Shown piece by piece: positions 28,801 through 38,583 of a DNA stretch of 64,000 nucleotides. The position numbers were made by a program, and so were the translations under genes. A model generated the notes under the pieces. That model searched no databases, was not told where the DNA came from, and saw only the letters and a list, made by a program, of their open reading frames with translations. The number at the start of each line of letters is the position of its first letter. The stretch's first letter is position 1. Where the stretch lies: NCBI GenBank assembly GCA_964386355.1, contig CAYLQQ010000006.1, positions 2,088 to 66,087 on the forward strand. Reading direction: 5' to 3'. Origin of the DNA: an uncultured Pseudomonadales bacterium. Lineage in GTDB: Bacteria > Patescibacteriota > Microgenomatia > UBA1400 > UBA1449.

Positions 28801-29330
28801 ATTCGTGATTTTATTCCAATAATTAAATTTTGAAAGCTTTTATCTTGATCATCAATCTTGCCAATAATATGTTGGAAAAATCCCCTCACCAACTCATTAA
28901 CTGCTTCCTGATAAGATAAGCCTCTGCTTTGCAGATAAAAAAGTTGTTCCTGGTCTATTTGTCCAACCGAAGCCGCGTGTGAGGCTTTGACATCATCAGT
29001 AAGAATCTCGAGTCCCGGCCTCACATCTGCTCTAGCTTTATCTCCTATCAATAGCACTTTCTGGTCCAAAAAGGCATTACTTCCTTGTGCCTGTTTGCCA
29101 ATCCTGATCATACCTTCGATCCGTGCTTTTGCCTGATCAAAAAGAACACCTCTCACAATCGCATTTGACTCGGTGTTCTTAAGGGTGTGATCGGATAGTG
29201 TAGATAGGTCAAATGTATCCTGACCTCTGCCCACAAAAAACACAAACAGCTCATGGTTTTGCCCTGGATCAGTTATATCCAACTTAACTTGCTGTGGTTG
29301 GTTTGGTTTGAGAAAAACTACTTTTTGCAT
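28797..29330 (-). CDS. sufD: Short SufD-like protein (C-terminal SufB/D domain only)
   Basis: 177 aa. C-terminal LFYLQSRGLSYQEAVNELVRGF parallels SufB LFYLMSRGLSEEQANAVIVAGF. It is much shorter than the canonical ~430-aa SufD. Confidence 0.6.
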   Translation of the reverse strand: MQKVVFLKPNQPQQVKLDITDPGQNHELFVFFVGRGQDTFDLSTLSDHTLKNTESNAIVRGVLFDQAKARIEGMIRIGKQAQGSNAFLDQKVLLIGDKARADVRPGLEILTDDVKASHAASVGQIDQEQLFYLQSRGLSYQEAVNELVRGFFQHIIGKIDDQDKSFQNLIIGIKSRI

Positions 29331-29384
29331 AAATGAATGGGAGAATTCAGTTCGCCCCTACAAACAACTAACAGCCAATAATTA

Positions 29385-30812
29385 TCAGCCTACCGACCCC
29401 TCCATCTCCAATTCAATCAATCTGTTCAATTCTATTGCATATTCCATTGGTAATTGCCTCACGATCGGCTCCAGAAACCCTGCTACTATTACTGCATTTG
29501 CCTGTTCTTCTGACAAACCTCGACTCATGAGGTAAAACAGCTGCTCTTCACCTACTTTTGCTACGGTTGCTTCATGTTCTAAAGTAGCTGTATTGTTTAA
29601 TATTTTGTTTGTGGGATATGTATCACTCCGGCTTTGGGGATCTAACAAAAGAGCATCGCAGACAACCTTACTCCGACAATTTGTAGCTGTAGGAGATATT
29701 GATACCAAGCCCCGGTAACTTGCCCTACCTCCACCTTTTGAAACGGACTTTGACACAATCTGGCTTGTGGTATGAGGAGAAAGGTGGATCATCTTAGCCC
29801 CGCTATCAAGCTGCTGATCTTCCTTGGCAAAGGCAATTGAAAGCATTTCTCCATGTGCCCCAGAGCCCGCAAGAATACAAGCCGGATATTTCATCGTCAC
29901 CTTAGAACCCAGATTGCCATCAACCCAGAACATTTTCGCGTTGGATTCAACTCGCGCCCGTTTGGTTACCAGGTTATATACATTGGTATACCAATTCTGA
30001 ATAGTTGTGTACTGACACAAAGCTTCCTCTTTGACAATCACTTCAACCACTGCTGCATGTAATGAACCTTCTGAATAGGCTGGAGCACTGCAGCCCTCAA
30101 CATAGTGAACCTTTGCACTCTTTTCGACAATGATCAGGGTTCTCTCAAACTGGCCTGCATGATTGGAATTAATGCGAAAATATGCCTGTAATGGCAGCTC
30201 AACCTCAACTCCGCTTGGTACATATAAAAATGATCCACCTGACCAGACAGCAGTATTTAAGGCTGCAAATTTGTTATCATTAAGGCCTACTACTGTCCCA
30301 AAGTACTGTTTAACAAGCTCAGGATACTGCTTGAGACCCTCATCCATACTCAGAAAAATAACCCCTTGATCTGATAATTGTTTTTGTAAAGAGCCATAGA
30401 TAACCTCAGAGTCATACTGTGATTTAACACCTGCTAGATATTTGCGTTCAGCCTCCGGAATACCAAGTTTTTCAAAAGTTTCTTTGATTTGGTCAGGCAC
30501 TTCTTCCCATTTTCGTTCCTGTTTATCCATCGGTTTGAGGTAATAATAAATCTCGTCAAAATTAATTTCCGAAAGGTCTGCTCCCCAGTTTGGCATTGGC
30601 CGTTTGATAAATTCCTCATATGCTTTCAAACGTATTTCCAGCATCCATTGAGGCTCACATTTCTGTTTTGATATTGCCAAAACGATATCTTTTGAAAGGC
30701 CTTTGGGAGTTTTGTACGTATACGAAGGCTTATCGGACCAACCGTAACGGTAACCCTTATTATCAAGTAAGTTCTCATCGGTACTCGTTTTAATAGGAGC
30801 AAATCTGGACAC
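29385..30812 (-). CDS. sufB: Fe-S cluster assembly protein SufB
   Basis: 475 aa with strong family resemblance over its length, including the C-terminal EQLFYLMSRGLSEEQANAVIVAGF. Confidence 0.88.
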   Translation of the reverse strand: MSRFAPIKTSTDENLLDNKGYRYGWSDKPSYTYKTPKGLSKDIVLAISKQKCEPQWMLEIRLKAYEEFIKRPMPNWGADLSEINFDEIYYYLKPMDKQERKWEEVPDQIKETFEKLGIPEAERKYLAGVKSQYDSEVIYGSLQKQLSDQGVIFLSMDEGLKQYPELVKQYFGTVVGLNDNKFAALNTAVWSGGSFLYVPSGVEVELPLQAYFRINSNHAGQFERTLIIVEKSAKVHYVEGCSAPAYSEGSLHAAVVEVIVKEEALCQYTTIQNWYTNVYNLVTKRARVESNAKMFWVDGNLGSKVTMKYPACILAGSGAHGEMLSIAFAKEDQQLDSGAKMIHLSPHTTSQIVSKSVSKGGGRASYRGLVSISPTATNCRSKVVCDALLLDPQSRSDTYPTNKILNNTATLEHEATVAKVGEEQLFYLMSRGLSEEQANAVIVAGFLEPIVRQLPMEYAIELNRLIELEMEGSVG

Positions 30813-30888
30813 TTGTATTGTTATACTGAACTTGACTCAGCATCCCCTTGAAAGTATGAGGACCCTGAATCTTGAGTTATACTCACGT

Positions 30889-31659
30889 TCAGGATGACAG
30901 TGTATATTTTTTATACCCTTCCTTCTCTACCTGTTCTAAAAGTTCTTCTTTTCCTGTAGCTACGATCCTTCCATCAATCATTACATGAATTGAATTATAT
31001 GAAAGATATTTTAGTAATCTCTGGTAGTGGGTGATGATCAATGCTCCCATACCAAACTCATCCACGCTTTTTTGAATAGCTAAAGCAACAGACTTCAATG
31101 CATCCACATCCAACCCAGAGTCGATCTCATCAATAACAGCAAATTTTGGCTTAAATAAACGCAATTGAAGCATCTCAAACCGTTTACGTTCTCCACCAGA
31201 AAAGCCATCATTGACACTTCTTTGCAAGAGTTCAGGCTTGAGCCCAATATCCTGTGCTTCTTTTTCTACCAGATTTTTAAACTCGAATAGGGCCAGGTCT
31301 TGGCTGGGACATAGGTTTTTATGTGCTGTTCGTAAAAAGGACATAACGGATACTCCATCCAAACGCTGCGGATTTTGAAATGCGAGAAATAAGCCTGCCT
31401 TTGCTCTCTCATCCGGTGTCATTTCTAACACATCACTGTTTCCTATTTTGATTTTTGACTTTGGATTTTGGATTTTATAACTTGGGTGTCCTGCTAGTGT
31501 GTAGGCCAAAGTTGACTTGCCTGACCCATTAGGACCTAACACCACATGGATCTCACCAGGTTTAATCTCAAGGTCTAGACCTTTAATAATTTGTTTTTCG
31601 TTAATTGAAACGTAGAGGTTTTGTATGTGAAGCATCAATTTTAAATTTACAATTACCAA
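30889..31659 (-). CDS. sufC: Fe-S cluster assembly ATPase SufC
   Basis: 256 aa. Walker A GPNGSGKSTLAYTLAGHP. ABC signature LSGGERKRFEMLQ. Walker B AVIDEIDSGLD. Confidence 0.88.
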   Translation of the reverse strand: MVIVNLKLMLHIQNLYVSINEKQIIKGLDLEIKPGEIHVVLGPNGSGKSTLAYTLAGHPSYKIQNPKSKIKIGNSDVLEMTPDERAKAGLFLAFQNPQRLDGVSVMSFLRTAHKNLCPSQDLALFEFKNLVEKEAQDIGLKPELLQRSVNDGFSGGERKRFEMLQLRLFKPKFAVIDEIDSGLDVDALKSVALAIQKSVDEFGMGALIITHYQRLLKYLSYNSIHVMIDGRIVATGKEELLEQVEKEGYKKYTLSS

Positions 31660-31753
31660 TTTTTAATGAATGTATTAATAGTCAACTGTCCAATATTTGA
31701 AGGTTATGACATTAATAAATTGATTGGATAATAATAGTTGATCATTATACCTT

Positions 31754-32149
31754 TTATAAAATGTCGCTAATCTTATACTTTCCCAACACTCCTGACACCT
31801 CATCCTGGATCCTATCCCACTTATGTTTATTCTCACATTTCATTTCGCAACCACAGCTACAACCTCTTTGACAGTCGACTAAGCCCACCTGGCCATCTAC
31901 TGCTTCTATCATGTTTTTTAGACTCACTGAGTCTAAGGTTTTATTGAGAAAGTATCCACCGCCCTTACCTTCTTTGGCATCAATTAATCCAGCATGTTTT
32001 AGATCCACTGCTATTTGAGATAAAAACCGATAGGGCAAGTGCATCAAACTACTGATAGTACGAATGGAAAGATATGTTCCCGTATCCTGCTGGCCTAAAA
32101 ATGCAAGCAAACTGAGGGCATATTTTGATTTTTGGGATAACTGTAACAT
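31754..32149 (-). CDS. Rrf2-family transcriptional regulator (IscR/SufR-like), first gene of the suf operon
   Basis: 131 aa. N-terminal wHTH SKYALSLLAFLGQQ. C-terminal Cys cluster CQRGCSCGC that could ligate an Fe-S cluster. Confidence 0.78.
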   Translation of the reverse strand: MLQLSQKSKYALSLLAFLGQQDTGTYLSIRTISSLMHLPYRFLSQIAVDLKHAGLIDAKEGKGGGYFLNKTLDSVSLKNMIEAVDGQVGLVDCQRGCSCGCEMKCENKHKWDRIQDEVSGVLGKYKISDIL

Positions 32150-32267
32150 GTTCGTTTATTATCCTATTAAGGTTTTAGCATAAAATATTTTTACCATTCC
32201 AAAATAGAATATTTCTATCTATTAATTATACCACTATTCTCGCTGTGCTGTGATACGAGATTAATAC

Positions 32268-32309
32268 AAAAAAAGCGAGAATATCCATGTATCTTTGAAT
32301 ATCCTCGCT
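32268..32309 (-). terminator. Rho-independent terminator downstream of the SIMPL gene
   Basis: On the minus strand the stem is gcgaggatat / atattctcgc (one mismatch) with a 14-nt loop, followed by UUUUUUU. Confidence 0.5.
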
Positions 32310-32328
32310 CAACAATACAATAAAAGCG

Positions 32329-33069
32329 TTATTTAAGCTCAAACACCACTGTTACAGATGCAGTTACTTCCGTACTACCTGGTTCAACTGGAGCACCACC
32401 ACCCATTCCCATAGCTCTGTCAAACATAGGATACACACCTCCTGATGTACCCCCTTCACTGATACTGATCACCTTGCCCAAACTGCGACCAGTTCCGCCA
32501 ATCATCAGCTCTGCTTTTTTACGGGCATTTTCAACAGCTTGAGATAAGAGCTGGGAACGAACATCATTGGTATCTTCCATAGTAAAACTGGGTCCATACA
32601 CATTAGTAGCTCCACTATTGGTCAATAGATCGGTAAGAGCTGATGCTTTCTCGATATCACGAAGCTTAATAGTAATACTGTTGTTGACTCTCCACTGTCC
32701 CGGTCTGGAACGCTGGGCTCCTTCTGAACTATACATTTCCTGCTCCTGGAAAACACTCAAGTTTTGGGTTTGGATATCAGCTGCATCGATCCCGAATCCC
32801 TTAACTGCCATGATTAATGCCTCAACCTTGGTGTTTACATCTGCTACTGCTTTGGCTTTATCATCATCAACCGCATCCACACCAGCCGTAAACGTAGCCA
32901 CCTGATTTTTTTCGCTCGATTGCGCTTCACCAGAAACAACAATTGTATTTGTAGGCATTGTTTTGACAGTTCCCCAGGTAATATTACCCAGCGGTAAAAA
33001 TAATCCCGCAGTAATAAGAATTGCAACTACTATAAGCAAACTGGCGACAACTTGAATAAGGGTTTTCAT
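32329..33069 (-). CDS. SIMPL-domain (DUF541) secreted/anchored protein
   Basis: 246 aa with an N-terminal anchor. The VSGEAQ...FTAGVDA...A..A......A pattern is typical of DUF541. A strong SD (aggagg) precedes the ATG. Confidence 0.55.
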   Translation of the reverse strand: MKTLIQVVASLLIVVAILITAGLFLPLGNITWGTVKTMPTNTIVVSGEAQSSEKNQVATFTAGVDAVDDDKAKAVADVNTKVEALIMAVKGFGIDAADIQTQNLSVFQEQEMYSSEGAQRSRPGQWRVNNSITIKLRDIEKASALTDLLTNSGATNVYGPSFTMEDTNDVRSQLLSQAVENARKKAELMIGGTGRSLGKVISISEGGTSGGVYPMFDRAMGMGGGAPVEPGSTEVTASVTVVFELK

Positions 33070-33342
33070 AGTAACCTCCTAAAAGTAAACTGAATATGGT
33101 CACTAGTATAACACGAATATATATACTAAAAAATAAAATGAAGAAGTGGATAAAACCAATCTATCCTACAGCTACTTTTTCCAGTATCTGTAGGTTATTT
33201 TATAGATTGGTTGTCTCACCGTGACTGCATTATAACAGTGAATTGTAAGAGTTCAACAGCATTCCAATGCTTATACATATTGTTTACATAAATTAGAAAA
33301 CCGTGATAATCTATTTTTATTGGTAAAAATGAAAAAGATAGA

Positions 33343-33906
33343 CTATCTCAATTTTTTCCGCAGTATTTGCGCAATCAGGTTCCGCCATAGGTAACAGCCG
33401 ATACTGCTAACGATGCCGCCTAATACATATCCTGCCAATACATCTAGAGGATAATGGTGTCCCATATAAATTCTGTTGTGCCCAACCAATAGTACTAAAA
33501 TAGCAAGACTATACTTAACTTTCCTGTTTTTTGAAAAGATAAAAAACGGCACAGTAAACGCCATAACACTAGCGGCATGCCCAGAGGGAAATGAGTAATC
33601 AGACAATAGATCATACACAATAGTAATTGGCTCTATCTTTTGCAAAGGTCGTTCACGCTGAAATACAGGCTTCAGTAAAAACTGGTTTATCGTTGCTGTT
33701 AGAGCAAGTAGCACAAGTGCCAATGGACCAATAAAGCGCTCATTTTTTTTAGACCGTATCCAGAACAAGCCCGCAAACACAACAAGAATTAAACCCAAGT
33801 ACTGCCATATAAACAGAGCTAAAGCATCAAAAATAGGGTAATGGGGCAACTGGTTGATCATCGAGAATAAACTGTGGTCAAAAGTTCGCAGGTAGTTAAT
33901 AATCAT
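33343..33906 (-). CDS. PAP2-family phosphatase (undecaprenyl-diphosphate/phosphatidate phosphatase-like)
   Basis: 187 aa. PAP2 motifs KPVFQRERP (KxxxxxxRP), PSGH and GHHYPLD (SRxxxxxHxxxD-type). Confidence 0.78.
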   Translation of the reverse strand: MIINYLRTFDHSLFSMINQLPHYPIFDALALFIWQYLGLILVVFAGLFWIRSKKNERFIGPLALVLLALTATINQFLLKPVFQRERPLQKIEPITIVYDLLSDYSFPSGHAASVMAFTVPFFIFSKNRKVKYSLAILVLLVGHNRIYMGHHYPLDVLAGYVLGGIVSSIGCYLWRNLIAQILRKKLR

Positions 33907-33945
33907 GCCTCCACTATAGCAAAGAGGGGTAGGTTTATTGAATAT

Positions 33946-35061
33946 TTATTTATTTTCTTTACCACCCACCACAAAACAAGCCAGAAAGGTTGTAATCGGA
34001 ACTGCCAGCATCAGACCAATTGAACCAACTAAAGTTTTGACAATTTCTTCAGCTACCATTTCATAGTTGATAATTTCATTAAATGTTTTTGAATTATCTA
34101 AAAATAAAAGTAGGAGAGGCAAAAAGCCGCCTGCGTATACCAGAACAAGGGTATTGACCATAGAACTGATGTGATCCTGGCCAACTTTCATCGCCTGAGC
34201 ATAGAGCTGCTTGATATCGATTTGCTGAGCTGCTTCCCGGATAGCAAATACCACAGATGCCTGAGAAATGGTGATATCATCCAAAATTCCAACAGCTCCA
34301 ATTATTATGCCTGCCAGAAGTAAACCCCCTACATTGATCTGGCCTTGGCTCATGTTTTGTAAAAAGAGCGCATCTTCTGATGAGAAACCAGTCAGTCTTG
34401 TTAGGTTGGTAAAAACCTGAGCTAAAACGACCGTGACCACCAATGCAATATACGTACCAACCATGGCGATAGTAGTTTTTTTATTAAACCCATGTGACAT
34501 ATAGAAAGTCACTGGCACCATGAACAAAGCTCCTAATAAAGATACAAGCATGGGTGAACGCCCTGCCAGAAGCTGCGGCAATATTACGGTAAATATGATG
34601 AGGAAGGAAACCACCATACCGATAATGGATTGGATACCCCTGCGTTTGCCGATAGCAACAGCTACCGCCACAAACAGTCCAAATAGTATATAGAGCTTAT
34701 CCCTGCGGACAAAATCAACTACATACCATTGCTTTGACCCGTCCGACATGGGAGTAAAATCTAAAAGAACCTTATCTCCCATTCTATATATAGTTTGCTT
34801 TACGGTAGGTATGATTCCATTTTCCACCTCGATCATTTCACCCTGTAAAGAACGACTTTCGATCAGAACGGAAAATCTTTGATACTGCTGACTTAGATCA
34901 TTGACCTCAATAGTCTTTTCCTCTCTTATTTCCGAAATGCGTCCCTCATACACTTCATGTCTTTCCTGAGCATGTATAGCTGTATTAAAAAAGATTAACA
35001 TTGTTAAAACTAGTCCAAATTTGGCAAGGTAGTGGAAAATAAATAATTGAAGAGATCTCAT
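33946..35061 (-). CDS. YibE/F-like polytopic membrane protein
   Basis: 371 aa. N-terminal helix, a soluble ~100-aa domain, then about 7 TM helices. The family call is from overall architecture only. Confidence 0.4.
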   Translation of the reverse strand: MRSLQLFIFHYLAKFGLVLTMLIFFNTAIHAQERHEVYEGRISEIREEKTIEVNDLSQQYQRFSVLIESRSLQGEMIEVENGIIPTVKQTIYRMGDKVLLDFTPMSDGSKQWYVVDFVRRDKLYILFGLFVAVAVAIGKRRGIQSIIGMVVSFLIIFTVILPQLLAGRSPMLVSLLGALFMVPVTFYMSHGFNKKTTIAMVGTYIALVVTVVLAQVFTNLTRLTGFSSEDALFLQNMSQGQINVGGLLLAGIIIGAVGILDDITISQASVVFAIREAAQQIDIKQLYAQAMKVGQDHISSMVNTLVLVYAGGFLPLLLLFLDNSKTFNEIINYEMVAEEIVKTLVGSIGLMLAVPITTFLACFVVGGKENK

Positions 35062-35195
35062 AGTACCTCATTATACTGATGCGGAAATTATGAGTCTATG
35101 AGGATTTTGTGGCTCTGGACAGCACATGGCGAGTTGCTATAATCGGCTCTAATATCCCTGCTTTACTCTCTTACCAGATAACGCAGGGATGTTTT

Positions 35196-35774
35196 TTATT
35201 CTTTTCCTAGATGAAATTCACCTATTCTTTTATACCGTACTCCCTGTGAATCAAGTATCGACTCATACAGTACTATCTCCTCAACCGGTATTTCAAACTC
35301 ACATAGGATAGGTTGCTTGCCTTTGAGGCTATGCGGTTTGTAGCGGAAGCGGGCTAAAGTTATATGAGGAATGAGTTCATGGGTATTATCTTCCTTTACT
35401 GACTCTTTGAGCATAAATGCTATAGAATCATAAATTTTTTGAGATAAAACTTCATATATATTATTCTTCTGACAAAAACTCCAAATCATCGTCGGCCTGC
35501 GTTTGGGAGGCCCAAAACTAAGCTCTTGCCCTAAAAGCATAAATGGTTCAGTCTGAGTAATTACTAAACGTACTTTTTCCTGCAAAAAGGGAATACGAGC
35601 CTCATGAAGTTCGCCTAAGAAAAATACGGTCACATGCCAGTTCTCAGGAGGCACAACTCTTACACCATCATCCAACCATGGAAGCAAACATCTCTTAATT
35701 TGGTGCTGGATGTGGTCGGGAACCGGGATAGCTAAAAACAGACGCTTATACATACACTCGTTTGAGTATAACAA
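35196..35774 (-). CDS. thpR: RNA 2',3'-cyclic phosphodiesterase (2H phosphoesterase, LigT/ThpR)
   Basis: 192 aa with two H-x-T/S-x motifs (HVTVFF and HITLAR). Confidence 0.78.
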   Translation of the reverse strand: MLYSNECMYKRLFLAIPVPDHIQHQIKRCLLPWLDDGVRVVPPENWHVTVFFLGELHEARIPFLQEKVRLVITQTEPFMLLGQELSFGPPKRRPTMIWSFCQKNNIYEVLSQKIYDSIAFMLKESVKEDNTHELIPHITLARFRYKPHSLKGKQPILCEFEIPVEEIVLYESILDSQGVRYKRIGEFHLGKE

Positions 35775-35806
35775 AAAATAATAGATTGGCTTAAAATATA
35801 GGGTAT

Positions 35807-36949
35807 ATGGTCATAAAGCGACTAATTGTATTTATATTTTGTTTAGGATGGGTATTACTCTGCCTCTACTCTTTTTCCCAAAAGGATCTCAACCTAACTA
35901 TATTTGATCATTATCTGCTCCGGCTGTTTTATGAAAGTATGGTACAGCTGGGATACTATAGTCGCCCCTTATCTACTTTAGTTTTTATCACCCTCTCTGT
36001 TACTCTGTTACTCTGTTACCTATATTTGATATTTAGTAAAAAAATCATATTATCAATCAAGCAAATCAGCATTATACTGGCCATATTGCTCCTCACCAGT
36101 CTACCCGCCCAACCCATGTTTTCCCATGATATCTACAACTACATTTTTAATGCAAAGATGGTTTTACTATATAAAGCCAATCCTCATGAACAAGTTGCTT
36201 TAGATTTCCCCCTTGATCCCTGGTTACGGTTTATGCACAACGTCCATACACCCGCTCCATATGGCTACGGCTGGACAACCCTGTCTCTTATTCCCTATTC
36301 ATTAAGTGGAAACAGTTTTACTAAAGCGTATCTTCTGATGAAGTTGTTTATCTCTCTCCTATTTATAGCTGAGATTTGGGTGTTCTACAAACTGGCTAAG
36401 TCCAGATTTGATCAGCAAGCGGCTCTAAAACGAACCATGTTACTGGCTTTTAATCCTCTACTACTATTAGAAATTTTTATCATCGGACACAATGACAGCG
36501 CTATGATGCTGCCTGTACTTGTATCCCTGTATCTACTTACTACCACATCCACACTGCCAAGTACTCTTTTGGCATGGGTAAGCTGGATATTTTCAGTAAC
36601 AACCAAATATGCATCCGTCGTACTCGCTCCTTTTTTGGTATTACATAAAAAAATAGACATATTTACCTGGGGAGGCTTGGCAATGCTAGCTATTTTATTG
36701 ACCAGAACCGGACAATTGCACTCGTGGTACTTACACTGGGGTATGGTTTTACTGATGCTCTCAAAAAAATCCTGGGCAGTCATGTTGACAATTTTACTTA
36801 CGATCGGGGGATTGTTCCGCTACGCTCCGTATATATGGTTTGGTAATTGGGATGCACCAGTGCCTCTGTGGAGGTGGATGATCCTCATCCCTCCTCTTTT
36901 TATGCTATTATTTAAAAAAATCAGAAAATCATTCGGAAAAATTGGATAA
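35807..36949 (+). CDS. Polytopic membrane protein (possible GT-C-type glycosyltransferase partner)
   Basis: 380 aa with about 10 TM helices. It is adjacent and co-oriented with the GT39-like gene. Confidence 0.4.
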   Translation: MVIKRLIVFIFCLGWVLLCLYSFSQKDLNLTIFDHYLLRLFYESMVQLGYYSRPLSTLVFITLSVTLLLCYLYLIFSKKIILSIKQISIILAILLLTSLPAQPMFSHDIYNYIFNAKMVLLYKANPHEQVALDFPLDPWLRFMHNVHTPAPYGYGWTTLSLIPYSLSGNSFTKAYLLMKLFISLLFIAEIWVFYKLAKSRFDQQAALKRTMLLAFNPLLLLEIFIIGHNDSAMMLPVLVSLYLLTTTSTLPSTLLAWVSWIFSVTTKYASVVLAPFLVLHKKIDIFTWGGLAMLAILLTRTGQLHSWYLHWGMVLLMLSKKSWAVMLTILLTIGGLFRYAPYIWFGNWDAPVPLWRWMILIPPLFMLLFKKIRKSFGKIG

Positions 36950-36995
36950 AGTATTATGTATCAAGTATTAAGTATAAGAATACTTACTACTTATT

Positions 36996-38447
36996 ATGTA
37001 TTACTTACTAATGAAGCCCTCTTACATCCTTCCCCTTATCTACATCTTTCTGTTTACTATCCTGGCACTAGCTAGTCTTGAAGCCTTTCCCATTTTTGCG
37101 GATGAGGCTATATATCTGTTTTGGGTTCAAAAGATCTTGGGAGGTATTGCTCATCCCTTTATATCACTCTACGATGGTAAACCACCTCTATTTATCTGGC
37201 TTTCAGCCTTAGGTTCAATGGACGGATCATCTCTCTTGTTATCCGGAAGGACTATATCTGTAATGGCATATGGAGCCACACTTACTCTACTATTTTTCAG
37301 TATAAAAAAACAGAGTTTAACATGGGCATGGATTGCCCTACTTCTTACCTCACTATCACCCTTTGTCTTTTTCCATTCCCGTCTGGCGATCATGGATTCA
37401 TTACTGACTATGTTTTTAACGGCAGCAATTCTGACCTGGACTTTTAGCACTCACCGCTTTCGGGGTCTTTTGACGGGAATTTTTCTGGGACTGGCTTTTT
37501 GGACCAAAACTCCTACTCTGTTTCTGATCCCTTTTCCTATCCTTTCTGTCTTACTGTTTGAAAGAAATAAAACAAATTTCAAACAAGCCCTCATTGCTTT
37601 TGGAGTGTCTTTAGCTGCAATATTGAGCCTACGAATATCAGTCTGGTTCCCCTTTTTATTTAATCGCGCTGGTGACTTTACTTACCCGATATCAGCCATT
37701 CTCTCTGGCCAATTGAAACATATACCAACAAATTTTTATGAGCTGCTCTATTGGCTCTCAGCCTACCGTCTTTGGCCTGTAATTTTAATTAGTTTACTAT
37801 CTCTAGGTTTGGCGCTTAAAGAAAAAAATAAACTGGTACTCAACTTGGTTTTGGCTTGTATCTGTTTTAGTGTCCCGTTTGTACTCCTAGGCAAAGTTCT
37901 CTCTCCACGTTACTATCTATTGCTGGGTATCCTCCTGCCCGTGATTGCAGGCTTCAGCCTGTCAAAACTAAACAAGCGCCTGAGCATGACAGCTTCTGTG
38001 CTACTTGCCAGCCTGTATATTCCGTTTATTTTTACCTTGCTTGCTACACCACTCTCAGTCAATTTGCCTGCAGTCGATAAAGACCAGTACCTGCAAAACT
38101 GGGCTAGCGGTATTGGTATTCGAGAAGCTTCAGAATTTTTCATTGATGAGGCTAAAAATGGTAGCGTTCAGATACTTTCAGAAGGTTACTTTGGAACACT
38201 TCCAGATGGTCTATTTGTAGAGATAGGAGATAAAATAAAAGACCTGCCTTTGCAGATTGATGGTGTGGGCGAGAATGGCTCCCCAAATTATTACCGTAAA
38301 CTAACTGAAAATACAGCCGATAGTATTTTCTACATCGGCAATCATGATAGAATAAACCAAGCTACTTTAGATGAGTTAGAACTGATCCTATCTTATTCAA
38401 AAGTTGATGGAGGACCCGCTTTAGAAGTGTATAAAGTAAAAAGGTAA
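36996..38447 (+). CDS. GT-C glycosyltransferase, family 39/83-like (ArnT/PMT-type)
   Basis: 483 aa. First-loop acidic motif FADEAIYLFW. About 11 TM helices followed by a C-terminal soluble domain. Confidence 0.6.
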   Translation: MYYLLMKPSYILPLIYIFLFTILALASLEAFPIFADEAIYLFWVQKILGGIAHPFISLYDGKPPLFIWLSALGSMDGSSLLLSGRTISVMAYGATLTLLFFSIKKQSLTWAWIALLLTSLSPFVFFHSRLAIMDSLLTMFLTAAILTWTFSTHRFRGLLTGIFLGLAFWTKTPTLFLIPFPILSVLLFERNKTNFKQALIAFGVSLAAILSLRISVWFPFLFNRAGDFTYPISAILSGQLKHIPTNFYELLYWLSAYRLWPVILISLLSLGLALKEKNKLVLNLVLACICFSVPFVLLGKVLSPRYYLLLGILLPVIAGFSLSKLNKRLSMTASVLLASLYIPFIFTLLATPLSVNLPAVDKDQYLQNWASGIGIREASEFFIDEAKNGSVQILSEGYFGTLPDGLFVEIGDKIKDLPLQIDGVGENGSPNYYRKLTENTADSIFYIGNHDRINQATLDELELILSYSKVDGGPALEVYKVKR

Positions 38448-38583
38448 TTGGAAAAGACGTGAAGAAAAAAGTAATTGATCATGTTGATCAAAATTACACA
38501 ATAACCATACAGTGTGCTGTATTGGCATAATCTTCTTAAAACATACTTAATGAAGTGAATTCCAGCCCCTGCTAGATAATAGC

